Of a stretch of 64,000 nucleotides of DNA, positions 56,007-64,000 are shown piece after piece. Position 1 is the stretch's first letter, and every line of letters starts with the position of its first letter. Made by a program: the position numbers and the translations under genes. The notes beneath the pieces are model-generated. The model saw nothing but the letters and a program-made list of their open reading frames with translations. It searched no databases and was not told where the DNA came from. Origin of the DNA: Limnochordia bacterium (lineage in GTDB: Bacteria; Bacillota; Limnochordia; DTU080); NCBI GenBank assembly GCA_050951545.1, contig JBMNJG010000007.1:384001-448000 (forward strand). The letters are read 5' to 3'.

Positions 56007-56444
56007 TCGTAGAAGCAGATAACCGCCCGCAGCCAACAGAAGCAAGCCGAGCGCGTTAAGCCACTCAAAACTCAACTGCTCCATCCCGAGCAGACCCAAG
56101 TGGTCGATAAGGGCTGCAGTGGCCACTTGCCCGACAATGATGGCAGTGGTTGCGGGCGCCACGCCTACCTGAGGCATAGCTCGTACGACTCCATAGGTAA
56201 TGCCTACGCCCAGAAACCCTCCGAGGTAAAAGTACCATTGCACCTCGCCGAGTTTGGGCCATTGCCCGGAGCCAAGACCTATGAGCAGCAAGGCTAGAGT
56301 GAAGGCGCTGCTGGTCACGTGAACCATAAGCGTGGCCTCGAGCAGCCCTACTGCTTTGCCGAGGCCCGAGTTGAGCGCACCCTGTGCGGCCATCAACAAG
56401 CCAGCTACAGCTGCTACCGATAGGGCAATCAAATGTGTGGACAG
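55998..56444 (-). CDS. DMT family (YdcZ-like) transporter, start uncertain
   Basis: AQGALNSGL, WYFYLGGFLGV, GQV..A.LIDHLG. Confidence 0.85.
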   Translation of the reverse strand: MSTHLIALSVAAVAGLLMAAQGALNSGLGKAVGLLEATLMVHVTSSAFTLALLLIGLGSGQWPKLGEVQWYFYLGGFLGVGITYGVVRAMPQVGVAPATTAIIVGQVATAALIDHLGLLGMEQLSFEWLNALGLLLLAAGGYLLLRST

Positions 56445-56547
56445 TGTGATCCCTCCGCTGCCAGTAATATGGGCTTGCAGTCGCCATGCTATACTGCGGT
56501 GTAGGTTCGGATCCCACGTCGTTCTTGAAGAAAGGAATGTGCACGAA

Positions 56548-58710
56548 GTGGAACAAGCGGATGCCACAGATGACAGCAGACAGACGGCTGTGCAGATCGC
56601 CCAGCAGGTGGGAGTACCAGCAGCCCAGGTAGCGCAGGCTCTGCAGCTTTTGGATGCTGGGGACACCATTCCCTTTGTGGCTCGTTATAGGAAGGAAGCC
56701 ACAGGAGGCCTCGATGAGGTTCAGCTGCGTAACATTGCCGCAGAGGCGCAACGCTGGCGGGCTTTGCAGGAGCGCAAGAGCGAGGTTATCCGCCTTTTGC
56801 AGACGCAGGAGAAGCTGACGCTAGAGCTGGAGGCAGCTATAGTCGAGGCCACCAGTCTGCAACGGGTGGAAGACCTGTACCGGCCCTATCGGCCGAAGCG
56901 CCGCACACGCGCCAGTATTGCCAGAGAGCGAGGGCTCGAGCCGTTGGCTGAGGCGTTGTTGCGGCGTGACGCCCACTGGCCTGAACTCGAACGGTTGGCA
57001 GAGAGTACCGAGCTGATGGATATACAGGAAGCGTTGGCTGGCGCAGCAGACATCCTGGCCGAGAGGGTGTCGGATGACCCAGCTACCCGGACCGCGCTGC
57101 GTGCGCTCGCTCAGCAGCGGGCGGTCCTTTCGTCTCAATGCGCACTTTCAGAGGAGCGACAAGACGAACGCACGCCCTATGAGATCTACTATAACTTTGC
57201 ACGGCCAGTCCGTGAATTGCGGCCCCATGCGGTCTTGGCGATAGATCGCGGTGAACGGGAGGGCGTCTTGCGGGTTTCCGTGGAGCTACCCGAGGAGGCT
57301 GCGCTGCGCCATCTGCAGCGCAGTTGGATCAAGGTCCCCGACAGCCGTGTGGGTGCATTCTTAGAAGAGATGCTTCTTGACAGCTATAAGCGCCTTCTGG
57401 CTCCTGCTATCGAACGGGAGATCAGGCGACAGCTGACTGAGAGCGCTGGTCAGCATGCCATCGCTGTCTTTGCGCGCAACCTAGATAGTCTACTTATGCA
57501 GGCCCCCGTGCGCGGCGTCAGGGTGTTGGGGCTCGATCCGGGTTTCCGCACGGGCTGCAAGGCAGCAGTAGTGGATGAGACTGGTCGCCTATGCGCTACC
57601 GCCACTGTGTACCCCCACCCGCCACATAGCCAGCAGGAGGCGACAGAGGCGCTGCTGCAGGAGCTGATGGTGAGCCATGGCGTTGAGCTGGTGGCCATCG
57701 GTAACGGCACGGCTTCTCGGGAGACAGAGAGGCTCGTCGCTGAGGTGATCCGCTCGCTTCCTGCAGTCAACTATGTCATCGTAAGTGAGGCGGGAGCCTC
57801 CGTCTATTCTGCGTCTGATCTGGCCAGGGAGGAGCTTCCCGACTTAGACGTCTCGTTGAGGGGGGCTGTATCGATAGCCCGCCGCGTGCAGGATCCTTTG
57901 GCCGAGCTGGTGAAAATCGAGCCGAAGTCGATCGGCGTAGGGCAGTATCAGCACGATGTGGATCAGAAGGCTTTGGCACAAACGCTCTCTGATGTCGTGG
58001 AGTCGTGTGTCAACCGCGTTGGGGTCAATCTCAACACAGCTTCCGCGGCGTTGTTGCAGCATATCGCTGGCCTTAGCACCTCGTTGAGTCGCCGCATCGT
58101 CAGTTACCGTGACGAACATGGGCAGTTTCTTACGCGGCAGGAGCTGCTGAAGGTGAAGGGATTGGGGCCCAAGACGTTCAAACAGGCAGCAGGCTTTCTG
58201 CGTATTCCTGACGGAGTGATGCCTTTGGACGGCACAGCGGTTCATCCAGAATCCTACGATCTGGCCGAGAAGATCCTGAAGATGGCTGGCCTGAACTTAG
58301 ATGCCATGCGCACAGGGGTGTCGGTTGGCATAGAGGCCAAAGAGGCGGCCTCTGCTTTGGCTGCCGGCTTGCCCACCGTGACCGACATCCTGGAGGCTCT
58401 GCAGCGTCCAGGTCTTGATCCGCGCACGGAGCTTCCTCCACCTCCATTCCGCAGGGATATCCTACACATGGAGGAGTTGCGGCCAGGCATGCAGCTCACT
58501 GGGACGGTCACCAATGTGGTTGACTTCGGAGCCTTTGTGGATATCGGTGTCGAAAAGGGAGGCCTCATTCACATCTCGAAGTTTGGGGGTGGCTTTATCA
58601 AGCACCCACTTGACGTAGTAGCGGTGGGTCAGCCAGTGCAGGTGGAGGTCTTGGATGTGGATCTGGAGCGGGGTAGGATCGCCTTGGCTCTGGTGCGCGA
58701 CGGATCATGA
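56548..58710 (+). CDS. tex: Tex family RNA-binding transcription accessory protein
   Basis: TIPFVARYRKEATG, EDLYRPY, GLDPGFRTGCK, EAGASVYSAS, IGVGQYQHD, C-terminal S1 domain. Confidence 0.95.
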   Translation: MEQADATDDSRQTAVQIAQQVGVPAAQVAQALQLLDAGDTIPFVARYRKEATGGLDEVQLRNIAAEAQRWRALQERKSEVIRLLQTQEKLTLELEAAIVEATSLQRVEDLYRPYRPKRRTRASIARERGLEPLAEALLRRDAHWPELERLAESTELMDIQEALAGAADILAERVSDDPATRTALRALAQQRAVLSSQCALSEERQDERTPYEIYYNFARPVRELRPHAVLAIDRGEREGVLRVSVELPEEAALRHLQRSWIKVPDSRVGAFLEEMLLDSYKRLLAPAIEREIRRQLTESAGQHAIAVFARNLDSLLMQAPVRGVRVLGLDPGFRTGCKAAVVDETGRLCATATVYPHPPHSQQEATEALLQELMVSHGVELVAIGNGTASRETERLVAEVIRSLPAVNYVIVSEAGASVYSASDLAREELPDLDVSLRGAVSIARRVQDPLAELVKIEPKSIGVGQYQHDVDQKALAQTLSDVVESCVNRVGVNLNTASAALLQHIAGLSTSLSRRIVSYRDEHGQFLTRQELLKVKGLGPKTFKQAAGFLRIPDGVMPLDGTAVHPESYDLAEKILKMAGLNLDAMRTGVSVGIEAKEAASALAAGLPTVTDILEALQRPGLDPRTELPPPPFRRDILHMEELRPGMQLTGTVTNVVDFGAFVDIGVEKGGLIHISKFGGGFIKHPLDVVAVGQPVQVEVLDVDLERGRIALALVRDGS

Positions 58711-58778
58711 TAGCATAGAGCGCTTGCCAGCAAGACAAGAACCAGCTGGTCAGCGTGAGGAAGAGGGGTCAGCTGTTC

Positions 58779-59603
58779 ATGCGACAGATGCAGGCGCGTA
58801 TCATGCGAGAGTTGAATGTGAAACCCAGTATCGACCCGAAACAGGAGATTCGGGAGCGAGTGGCGTTTCTGACGGAGTATGTGCTGCGCATGGGGGCTCG
58901 CGGTTTTGTCTTGGGGATATCGGGAGGGCAAGACTCGACACTGGCCGGGCGCCTGGCCCAGTTGGCCGTGGAGCAAGCCGCGGCCGAGAGCGGCAACGAG
59001 CAGACCTTTGTGGCGGTGCGTTTGCCATACGGCGTGCAACTTGATGAGGAGGACGCGGCCCTGGCTTTGCAGTTCATCGGGCCGACGCGGGTGGTGACGA
59101 TTAACATACAGGAGGCCGTCGATGCCTCGGCACGCGCTTTTGAAAGCGCCTTGGGCTGTCCAATGAGCGACTTCATCAAGGGCAATGCCAAAGCGCGTGA
59201 ACGCATGAAGGTGCAGTATGATATCGCTGGACAGCTTGGTCTGCTTGTGGTCGGTACCGACCAAGCTGCGGAAGCTGTTACAGGTTTTTACACCAAGTTT
59301 GGTGATGGGGCCTGTGACGTAGAACCGTTGGCGGGGCTCACCAAAAGGCAGGGCAGGCAGATGCTGGTGGCCATGCAGGCTCCAGCTCGGTTGTACGAGA
59401 AGGTGCCCACGGCGGATCTGCTCGACGAGTCTCCCGGCCGTACCGACGAGGATGAGCTGGGTATCAGTTATGATGCCATCGACGATTACCTGGAGGGGAG
59501 AGAGATAGATCCGACCGTAGCACAGCGTATTGAGCGTCGCTTCATCGCTAGCCAGCATAAGCGGCGTTTGCCAGTGACGCCAGCGGACAGTTGGTGGAGG
59601 TAG
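58779..59603 (+). CDS. nadE: Ammonia-dependent NAD+ synthetase
   Basis: [42 protein letters not shown]. Confidence 0.95.
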   Translation: MRQMQARIMRELNVKPSIDPKQEIRERVAFLTEYVLRMGARGFVLGISGGQDSTLAGRLAQLAVEQAAAESGNEQTFVAVRLPYGVQLDEEDAALALQFIGPTRVVTINIQEAVDASARAFESALGCPMSDFIKGNAKARERMKVQYDIAGQLGLLVVGTDQAAEAVTGFYTKFGDGACDVEPLAGLTKRQGRQMLVAMQAPARLYEKVPTADLLDESPGRTDEDELGISYDAIDDYLEGREIDPTVAQRIERRFIASQHKRRLPVTPADSWWR

Positions 59604-59616
59604 AGACTCGGGGGGC

Positions 59617-60189
59617 GTGTTTGTGACATCGTTTCTGCTCGCATTCGGACTCGTTTTTCTTGCGGAGTTGGGGGACAAGACCCAGCTGGTGGCACTTACT
59701 TTTGCCACTCGATTCAACCCGTGGGTGGTCTTCGCTGGTATCGGTACGGCCACCGTGGTGCTGAACGGCCTCTCTGTCTTGCTCGGAAGCCTCGTGGGCG
59801 GGTTGTTGCCAGTGGCGTGGATCAAGCTAGTGGCTGGTCTCGCCTTTATCGGCTTCGGTGCCTGGACACTGCGCAACAACTGCTCTGAGCAAGAGGGGCA
59901 GGACGCAGCGTGTTCCACTTCGCCCTTTTGGGCGGTGGCCATCACCTTTTTTCTTGGTGAGCTGGGGGACAAGACCATGCTGAGCACTCTCACTCTGGCT
60001 GCGACTCAGTCTGCTTTTTTTGTCTGGTTGGGGGCTACTGCCGGAATGTTGCTCTGCGACGGCTTGGCCATCTGGGTGGGCCAGGCTCTGGGCGCGCGTC
60101 TGCCGGAGCGGCTAATCCAATTGGGGGCAGCCATCATCTTTTTCCTCTTTGGAGGGCTCAGCCTTCTTCAAGCAGGCCTGACACTCTAG
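59617..60189 (+). CDS. TMEM165/GDT1 family Ca/Mn antiporter
   Basis: Two E-L-G-D-K-T motifs. Confidence 0.92.
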   Translation: MFVTSFLLAFGLVFLAELGDKTQLVALTFATRFNPWVVFAGIGTATVVLNGLSVLLGSLVGGLLPVAWIKLVAGLAFIGFGAWTLRNNCSEQEGQDAACSTSPFWAVAITFFLGELGDKTMLSTLTLAATQSAFFVWLGATAGMLLCDGLAIWVGQALGARLPERLIQLGAAIIFFLFGGLSLLQAGLTL

Positions 60190-60302
60190 TCCATTATTGA
60201 AGGCACGGACGGGGGCTGGTTGGTCTCAGCCTTCTGCGGATGTGTAGCAGGGCTGCATCTGCGTCACCCTATAGGAAGTCTGGTAACTCGGAGGGTGAAG
60301 CA

Positions 60303-60902
60303 GTGCGGCCCATATGGCTAGGTGTGCTAGGGGTCATCGCCTTGGGAATCGGGGTTCTTCTCGCATGTGCTGTCGCACCCTCCATTCGCTGGGGTGTCCC
60401 TGGTGCTGATATCTCTCTGGCTGCAGGCGAAAGAGGCTATGCGCTACAGCTTATGCCGCCTAGAGTCGTTTACACCTATCCGCGAGTGACGGACAGTCGC
60501 GAGCGGATTATCATTGAAAAAGGGGCGAACATGCTTTACTACTACCGGGGCGGGGTCCTTCGCGAGCGGTATGAGGTGGCGACGGGACGCGAACCGCATT
60601 TCACTCCAGAGGGCTCCTTCTATGTCGCTGTCAAACTACGCGAACCTGAAGGCCCGGACTTGGAGGATGCGCAGCTAGGTAGTCGGTGGTTGGGCCTCGC
60701 GGTGCCCGATGAGGCCGACAGGCGAGGTCCGCCTGGTGATAGTAGAAGTCCGGTGGGTCAGAAGTACGGCATTCATGGCACCGATGAACCAGCCTCCATC
60801 GGCACCCATGCGTCAGGTGGATGTATCCGCATGAAGAACGCGGATGTCATCCGCCTTTTTGATCAGGTAGAGGTGGGCACACCCGTAGAGGTAAGACTAT
60901 AG
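60303..60902 (+). CDS. L,D-transpeptidase (YkuD domain), membrane-anchored
   Basis: VATG..TPEG, YGIHGT...ASGGCIRM. Confidence 0.9.
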   Translation: MRPIWLGVLGVIALGIGVLLACAVAPSIRWGVPGADISLAAGERGYALQLMPPRVVYTYPRVTDSRERIIIEKGANMLYYYRGGVLRERYEVATGREPHFTPEGSFYVAVKLREPEGPDLEDAQLGSRWLGLAVPDEADRRGPPGDSRSPVGQKYGIHGTDEPASIGTHASGGCIRMKNADVIRLFDQVEVGTPVEVRL

Positions 60903-60908
60903 GCCCGT

Positions 60909-62081
60909 CTATGACGAGGAATCCCTGGCGGAGCGGACCCGTTGGGTAAGCATACGCATCAGTACGAAAGCGACCGCCGCATACAGGGTGCAACTGCGGT
61001 AGCCCCAGGCCACCCCGGCATAGTCGTTGGTGAGACCGATCACCAGCTGGAAGAGGCCGTTAATCGCTCCGGAGAGGGTAATGATGATGCTGGTCGTGGT
61101 GGGAGCGTTTGTGCCGAAGACCTCCATGGCGATGGCCATGAGGGTTGGCCACATGATGGCGATGAAGAAGCCAGTGACTGGCAAGAGCCAGAGCCCATGG
61201 CGGCCCAACCCGAAGCCGACAGCGAATAGTGTCAGGCTAGCCGCGGTGGCCAGGTTCATGCTACGTATGTAGCCAATACGTTCGATCGCCAATCCACTGA
61301 AAAGGCGAGAAACAGTGAACAGGACATAGAAGGCCGATACGAAACTGGCACCAGCGACCCTCGGGTCCAGTCCATAGACGTCCTGCAGATGCAGACCTCC
61401 CCAGTTAGCTGCACCGAATTCGATTACTTCCATGAAGCCAAGGGTCAAGGCGAAAAGCCAGACGATCGGACTTGCCAGTGCATCTGCTAGAGAGACGCGG
61501 GGTACAGAAGCCTCGCCTTGCGGGGTGCTCGGGGTCTCATCAAAGCGGGTGCGCCAGATAAACACAGATAAAACCACCAGAGGCATCAGTACGATGATGT
61601 AGACGTGTCTCCAACTGAAGTCGTAGCTGTTGGTCAGCACTCCGGCAGCCTTGGGGCCTAACACTGCTCCCAAACCGTAGAAGAAATGCATGAGGTTCAT
61701 CATGAGGGCGGCCCTAGTGGTGAAGACCACGGTGGCCATCGCGTTGGCTCCCACCTCGAAGAAGCCAAAGCCTGCGTTGATAATCAGCAAAGAGATGGAA
61801 GCCGCCCAGAACGTGGGGGAGGCTAGCGTCGCTAACGCTCCCATAGAGATGAGGGCGTAGCCCATTAGGACCGCCTTTTTGGTTCCGAAGCGATGCATGA
61901 ATAGACTGGCTATCAGGCAAAAGACCACGTAGCCATACCACGTAAACGAGGCTAGGCCGCCCTGCTGCGTGTAGGCGACACCGAACTCAGCCTTAATGAG
62001 GGGGAAAGAGACCCCTTTGATATTTTCGACCAGGCCGAAGGTAAGCATGGTCGCATAGATGATGATGGAATAGATCAGCAT
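60909..62081 (-). CDS. MFS transporter
   Basis: About 12 TM segments; HRFGTKK, MMNLMHFFYGLGAVLGP. Confidence 0.88.
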   Translation of the reverse strand: MLIYSIIIYATMLTFGLVENIKGVSFPLIKAEFGVAYTQQGGLASFTWYGYVVFCLIASLFMHRFGTKKAVLMGYALISMGALATLASPTFWAASISLLIINAGFGFFEVGANAMATVVFTTRAALMMNLMHFFYGLGAVLGPKAAGVLTNSYDFSWRHVYIIVLMPLVVLSVFIWRTRFDETPSTPQGEASVPRVSLADALASPIVWLFALTLGFMEVIEFGAANWGGLHLQDVYGLDPRVAGASFVSAFYVLFTVSRLFSGLAIERIGYIRSMNLATAASLTLFAVGFGLGRHGLWLLPVTGFFIAIMWPTLMAIAMEVFGTNAPTTTSIIITLSGAINGLFQLVIGLTNDYAGVAWGYRSCTLYAAVAFVLMRMLTQRVRSARDSSS

Positions 62082-62192
62082 GTGTGGTGGTTCCTGGTCT
62101 TGCCCCCTAATCCTGCAATTCCTCATCCAGGGAGGACATCGCTGCTTGCATGTGGTAGCCCCTTCACATGCGAATGTATGCGGGAGGTGGGA

Positions 62193-63056
62193 ATGCTGGA
62201 GATGTGGTTTCATGAAAAAGAAAGTGAGCACCTGCATGTAGGCCATCGAGTAACTCGGGTCTTGTTTCACGGGCGCTCGCAGTATCAGGAGATCGCCATC
62301 ATCGACACGGTGGAGTTCGGGCGGATGCTCGTCTTGGATGGTATCGCGCAGTTGTCGTTGCGGGATGAGTTTGTCTATCATGAGATGCTGGCGCACGTAC
62401 CGTTGCTTGCCCATCCCAATCCCGAGCGTGTGCTGGTGATCGGCGGTGGCGACGGTGGGACGGTGCGCGAAGTCCTTAAGCACCCGGAAGTTGGGCACGT
62501 ACACTTGGTAGAGATCGATGGGCAGGTGATAGATGCCTGTCGGGAATTCTTGCCGCAGTTAGCCCACAGTCTGGACAACCCCCGGGTGAGCGTGCATGTG
62601 GCTGATGGCATTGAGTTCATGCAACAGCAGACGGATGCTTTCGATGTGATTCTGGTCGATTCCACGGATCCTTTAGGCCCATCGGAGGGGCTATTCACAG
62701 CCACCTTCTATGCTGACGCGGCCACGGCCCTTCGTGCGGATGGTGTCTTGGCAGTACAGAGCGAATCACCTTTCTTTACGCCTCAGCTGGTGCAGGACGT
62801 ATATCGGGCGATAGGCTCCTGTTTCCCTGAGGTCCGCCTATACATGGCGACCGTGCCCATCTACTCGCTAGCACCTTGGAGTTTTACGCTGGCCAGCAAG
62901 AGACCCCAAGAGGCAATCTCCTTTAGAGAGGCCCCTGAGGAAATGCATACGAAGTACTACTCCTCAGGGATTCGTGAGGCTTGTTTTTGCTTGCCACCGT
63001 ATGTCAGAACGCTGCTGACTGGACAGGAAGCACAGGCGGTTTCCGGCGGCTCATGA
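62193..63056 (+). CDS. speE: Spermidine synthase (polyamine aminopropyltransferase)
   Basis: SQYQEI, LVLDG, YHEML.H, VIGGGDGG, VDSTDP. Confidence 0.95.
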   Translation: MLEMWFHEKESEHLHVGHRVTRVLFHGRSQYQEIAIIDTVEFGRMLVLDGIAQLSLRDEFVYHEMLAHVPLLAHPNPERVLVIGGGDGGTVREVLKHPEVGHVHLVEIDGQVIDACREFLPQLAHSLDNPRVSVHVADGIEFMQQQTDAFDVILVDSTDPLGPSEGLFTATFYADAATALRADGVLAVQSESPFFTPQLVQDVYRAIGSCFPEVRLYMATVPIYSLAPWSFTLASKRPQEAISFREAPEEMHTKYYSSGIREACFCLPPYVRTLLTGQEAQAVSGGS

Positions 63057-63073
63057 ACAGCGTGAGATGAAGA

Positions 63074-63093
63074 GGGGACCTTTGCGGTCCCCC
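63074..63093. terminator. Terminator-like hairpin between convergent genes
   Basis: GGGGACC-TTTGC-GGTCCCC. Confidence 0.5.
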
Positions 63094-63119
63094 AGTCTAT
63101 CTTGCGTGTCTAGTCGGAT

Positions 63120-63779
63120 CTACTGGAACGTGGCTGTGGCGAAAGACGCGGTACTGCCCCAGGCCCAGCCCTTCGGGAAGTAAATCTGTCCTTCACGGCT
63201 GCCGCCCTTGGTATCGCAATCGTCAGCGCCAAAGGAGATGGGGAAGCTGACGCCGCTGGCCGGATCCTTGCCAATGATGGATTTGATCGCCGTCAGAGGA
63301 ATGGAAGCCTCTACCACATAGCCGCTCGCCGCTGGGACGACCGCCAGTTTGGTCCCCGTCGTGTCTATGCCGTGCCAGTTAGCGATCTCAGGCGTTTTGC
63401 CATTGGCCAGTGTGAAACCAATCTGACTACCCGCGAGCCACACCTCTACGCAATCCGTCTGCCAGGAGTCGGACCCTGACCGCTCAAATACCAAGACGTC
63501 ATCGATGACTCGGAAGGCGAGGTAGAGGTTGTCGTCGTCATAAGCAAACATGCCGAAAAAGCTGAGATCATCATCGTTCTTCACGTCAGCAGCGTCTGCT
63601 ATGAGTCCCGAACTGACATACGTAGCCGGACCAGACCACTCATTGAGGTTGCCGTCAACAGTGATCGCGCCTGCCTTGACCTTGGAAATGGCGATGGGTT
63701 CGCCAGCTGCGAGAACAGAGCCCGTGAGGAACAGACATAACCCTAAGCACATGAGTAATGCCGCATTCCGCTTCATCAT
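63120..63779 (-). CDS. Secreted CBM9-like/DOMON sugar-binding protein
   Basis: Signal peptide; ITVDGNLNEW, YDDDNLYLAFRVIDD, WQTDCVEVW, GYVVEASIPL. Confidence 0.8.
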   Translation of the reverse strand: MMKRNAALLMCLGLCLFLTGSVLAAGEPIAISKVKAGAITVDGNLNEWSGPATYVSSGLIADAADVKNDDDLSFFGMFAYDDDNLYLAFRVIDDVLVFERSGSDSWQTDCVEVWLAGSQIGFTLANGKTPEIANWHGIDTTGTKLAVVPAASGYVVEASIPLTAIKSIIGKDPASGVSFPISFGADDCDTKGGSREGQIYFPKGWAWGSTASFATATFQ

Positions 63780-64000
63780 TTCTGTGTCCCCCTCGAAGTA
63801 GTGTGGCATTTATGGACTGCTGGTCAGGTCACCAGTAGTATGGTAATTCATGATTGGTTGGTTTTCTCCTCTTCAGTAATCACTTCATGTCGAATACGCG
63901 TGTCGGCGGCCACCTACCTAGGCGAGGCAGGAGGTCACACGCTAGGAATCGTAGTAGTCCCTATGTCCACAGTCAATCGAGGTGGGTCTATTGAACAGAG

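Noticed and set aside
58629-59993. 454-aa minus-strand ORF (and similar long antisense ORFs, e.g. 33371-34381, 19741-20637)
   Set aside because: These are shadow frames opposite well-supported genes in GC-rich DNA, with no recognisable motifs.

Overview
GC-rich chromosomal window from an apparently spore-forming Bacillota (Limnochordia-like by inference from its orphan sugar-binding proteins, Gfo/Idh/MocA oxidoreductases, YheC/D, DUF421/DUF4363, CtsR and PurR sites). Most of it is housekeeping and carbohydrate metabolism: clpP, tRNA-fMet/tRNA-Met, araB, nagA, nanE, oadA/G, helD, tex, nadE, speE, and an amidoligase + 4x YheC/D cluster. The standout is a ~3.93 kb transposase-less insertion (47541-51471). 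It splits an ABC-exporter pseudogene exactly inside its signature motif (LSGGE | KQR). From left to right it carries six tandem ~380-420 bp non-coding, self-complementary repeat units starting exactly at the left junction, a LexA/DinR-like box, a tandem winged-HTH + Vsr/DUF559-like PD-(D/E)XK nuclease gene, and a hairpin-rich right end whose last hairpin closes at the junction. Several small ORFs and a dispersed 21-bp intergenic motif were also found. All product calls come from motif recognition by eye; no database searches were run.
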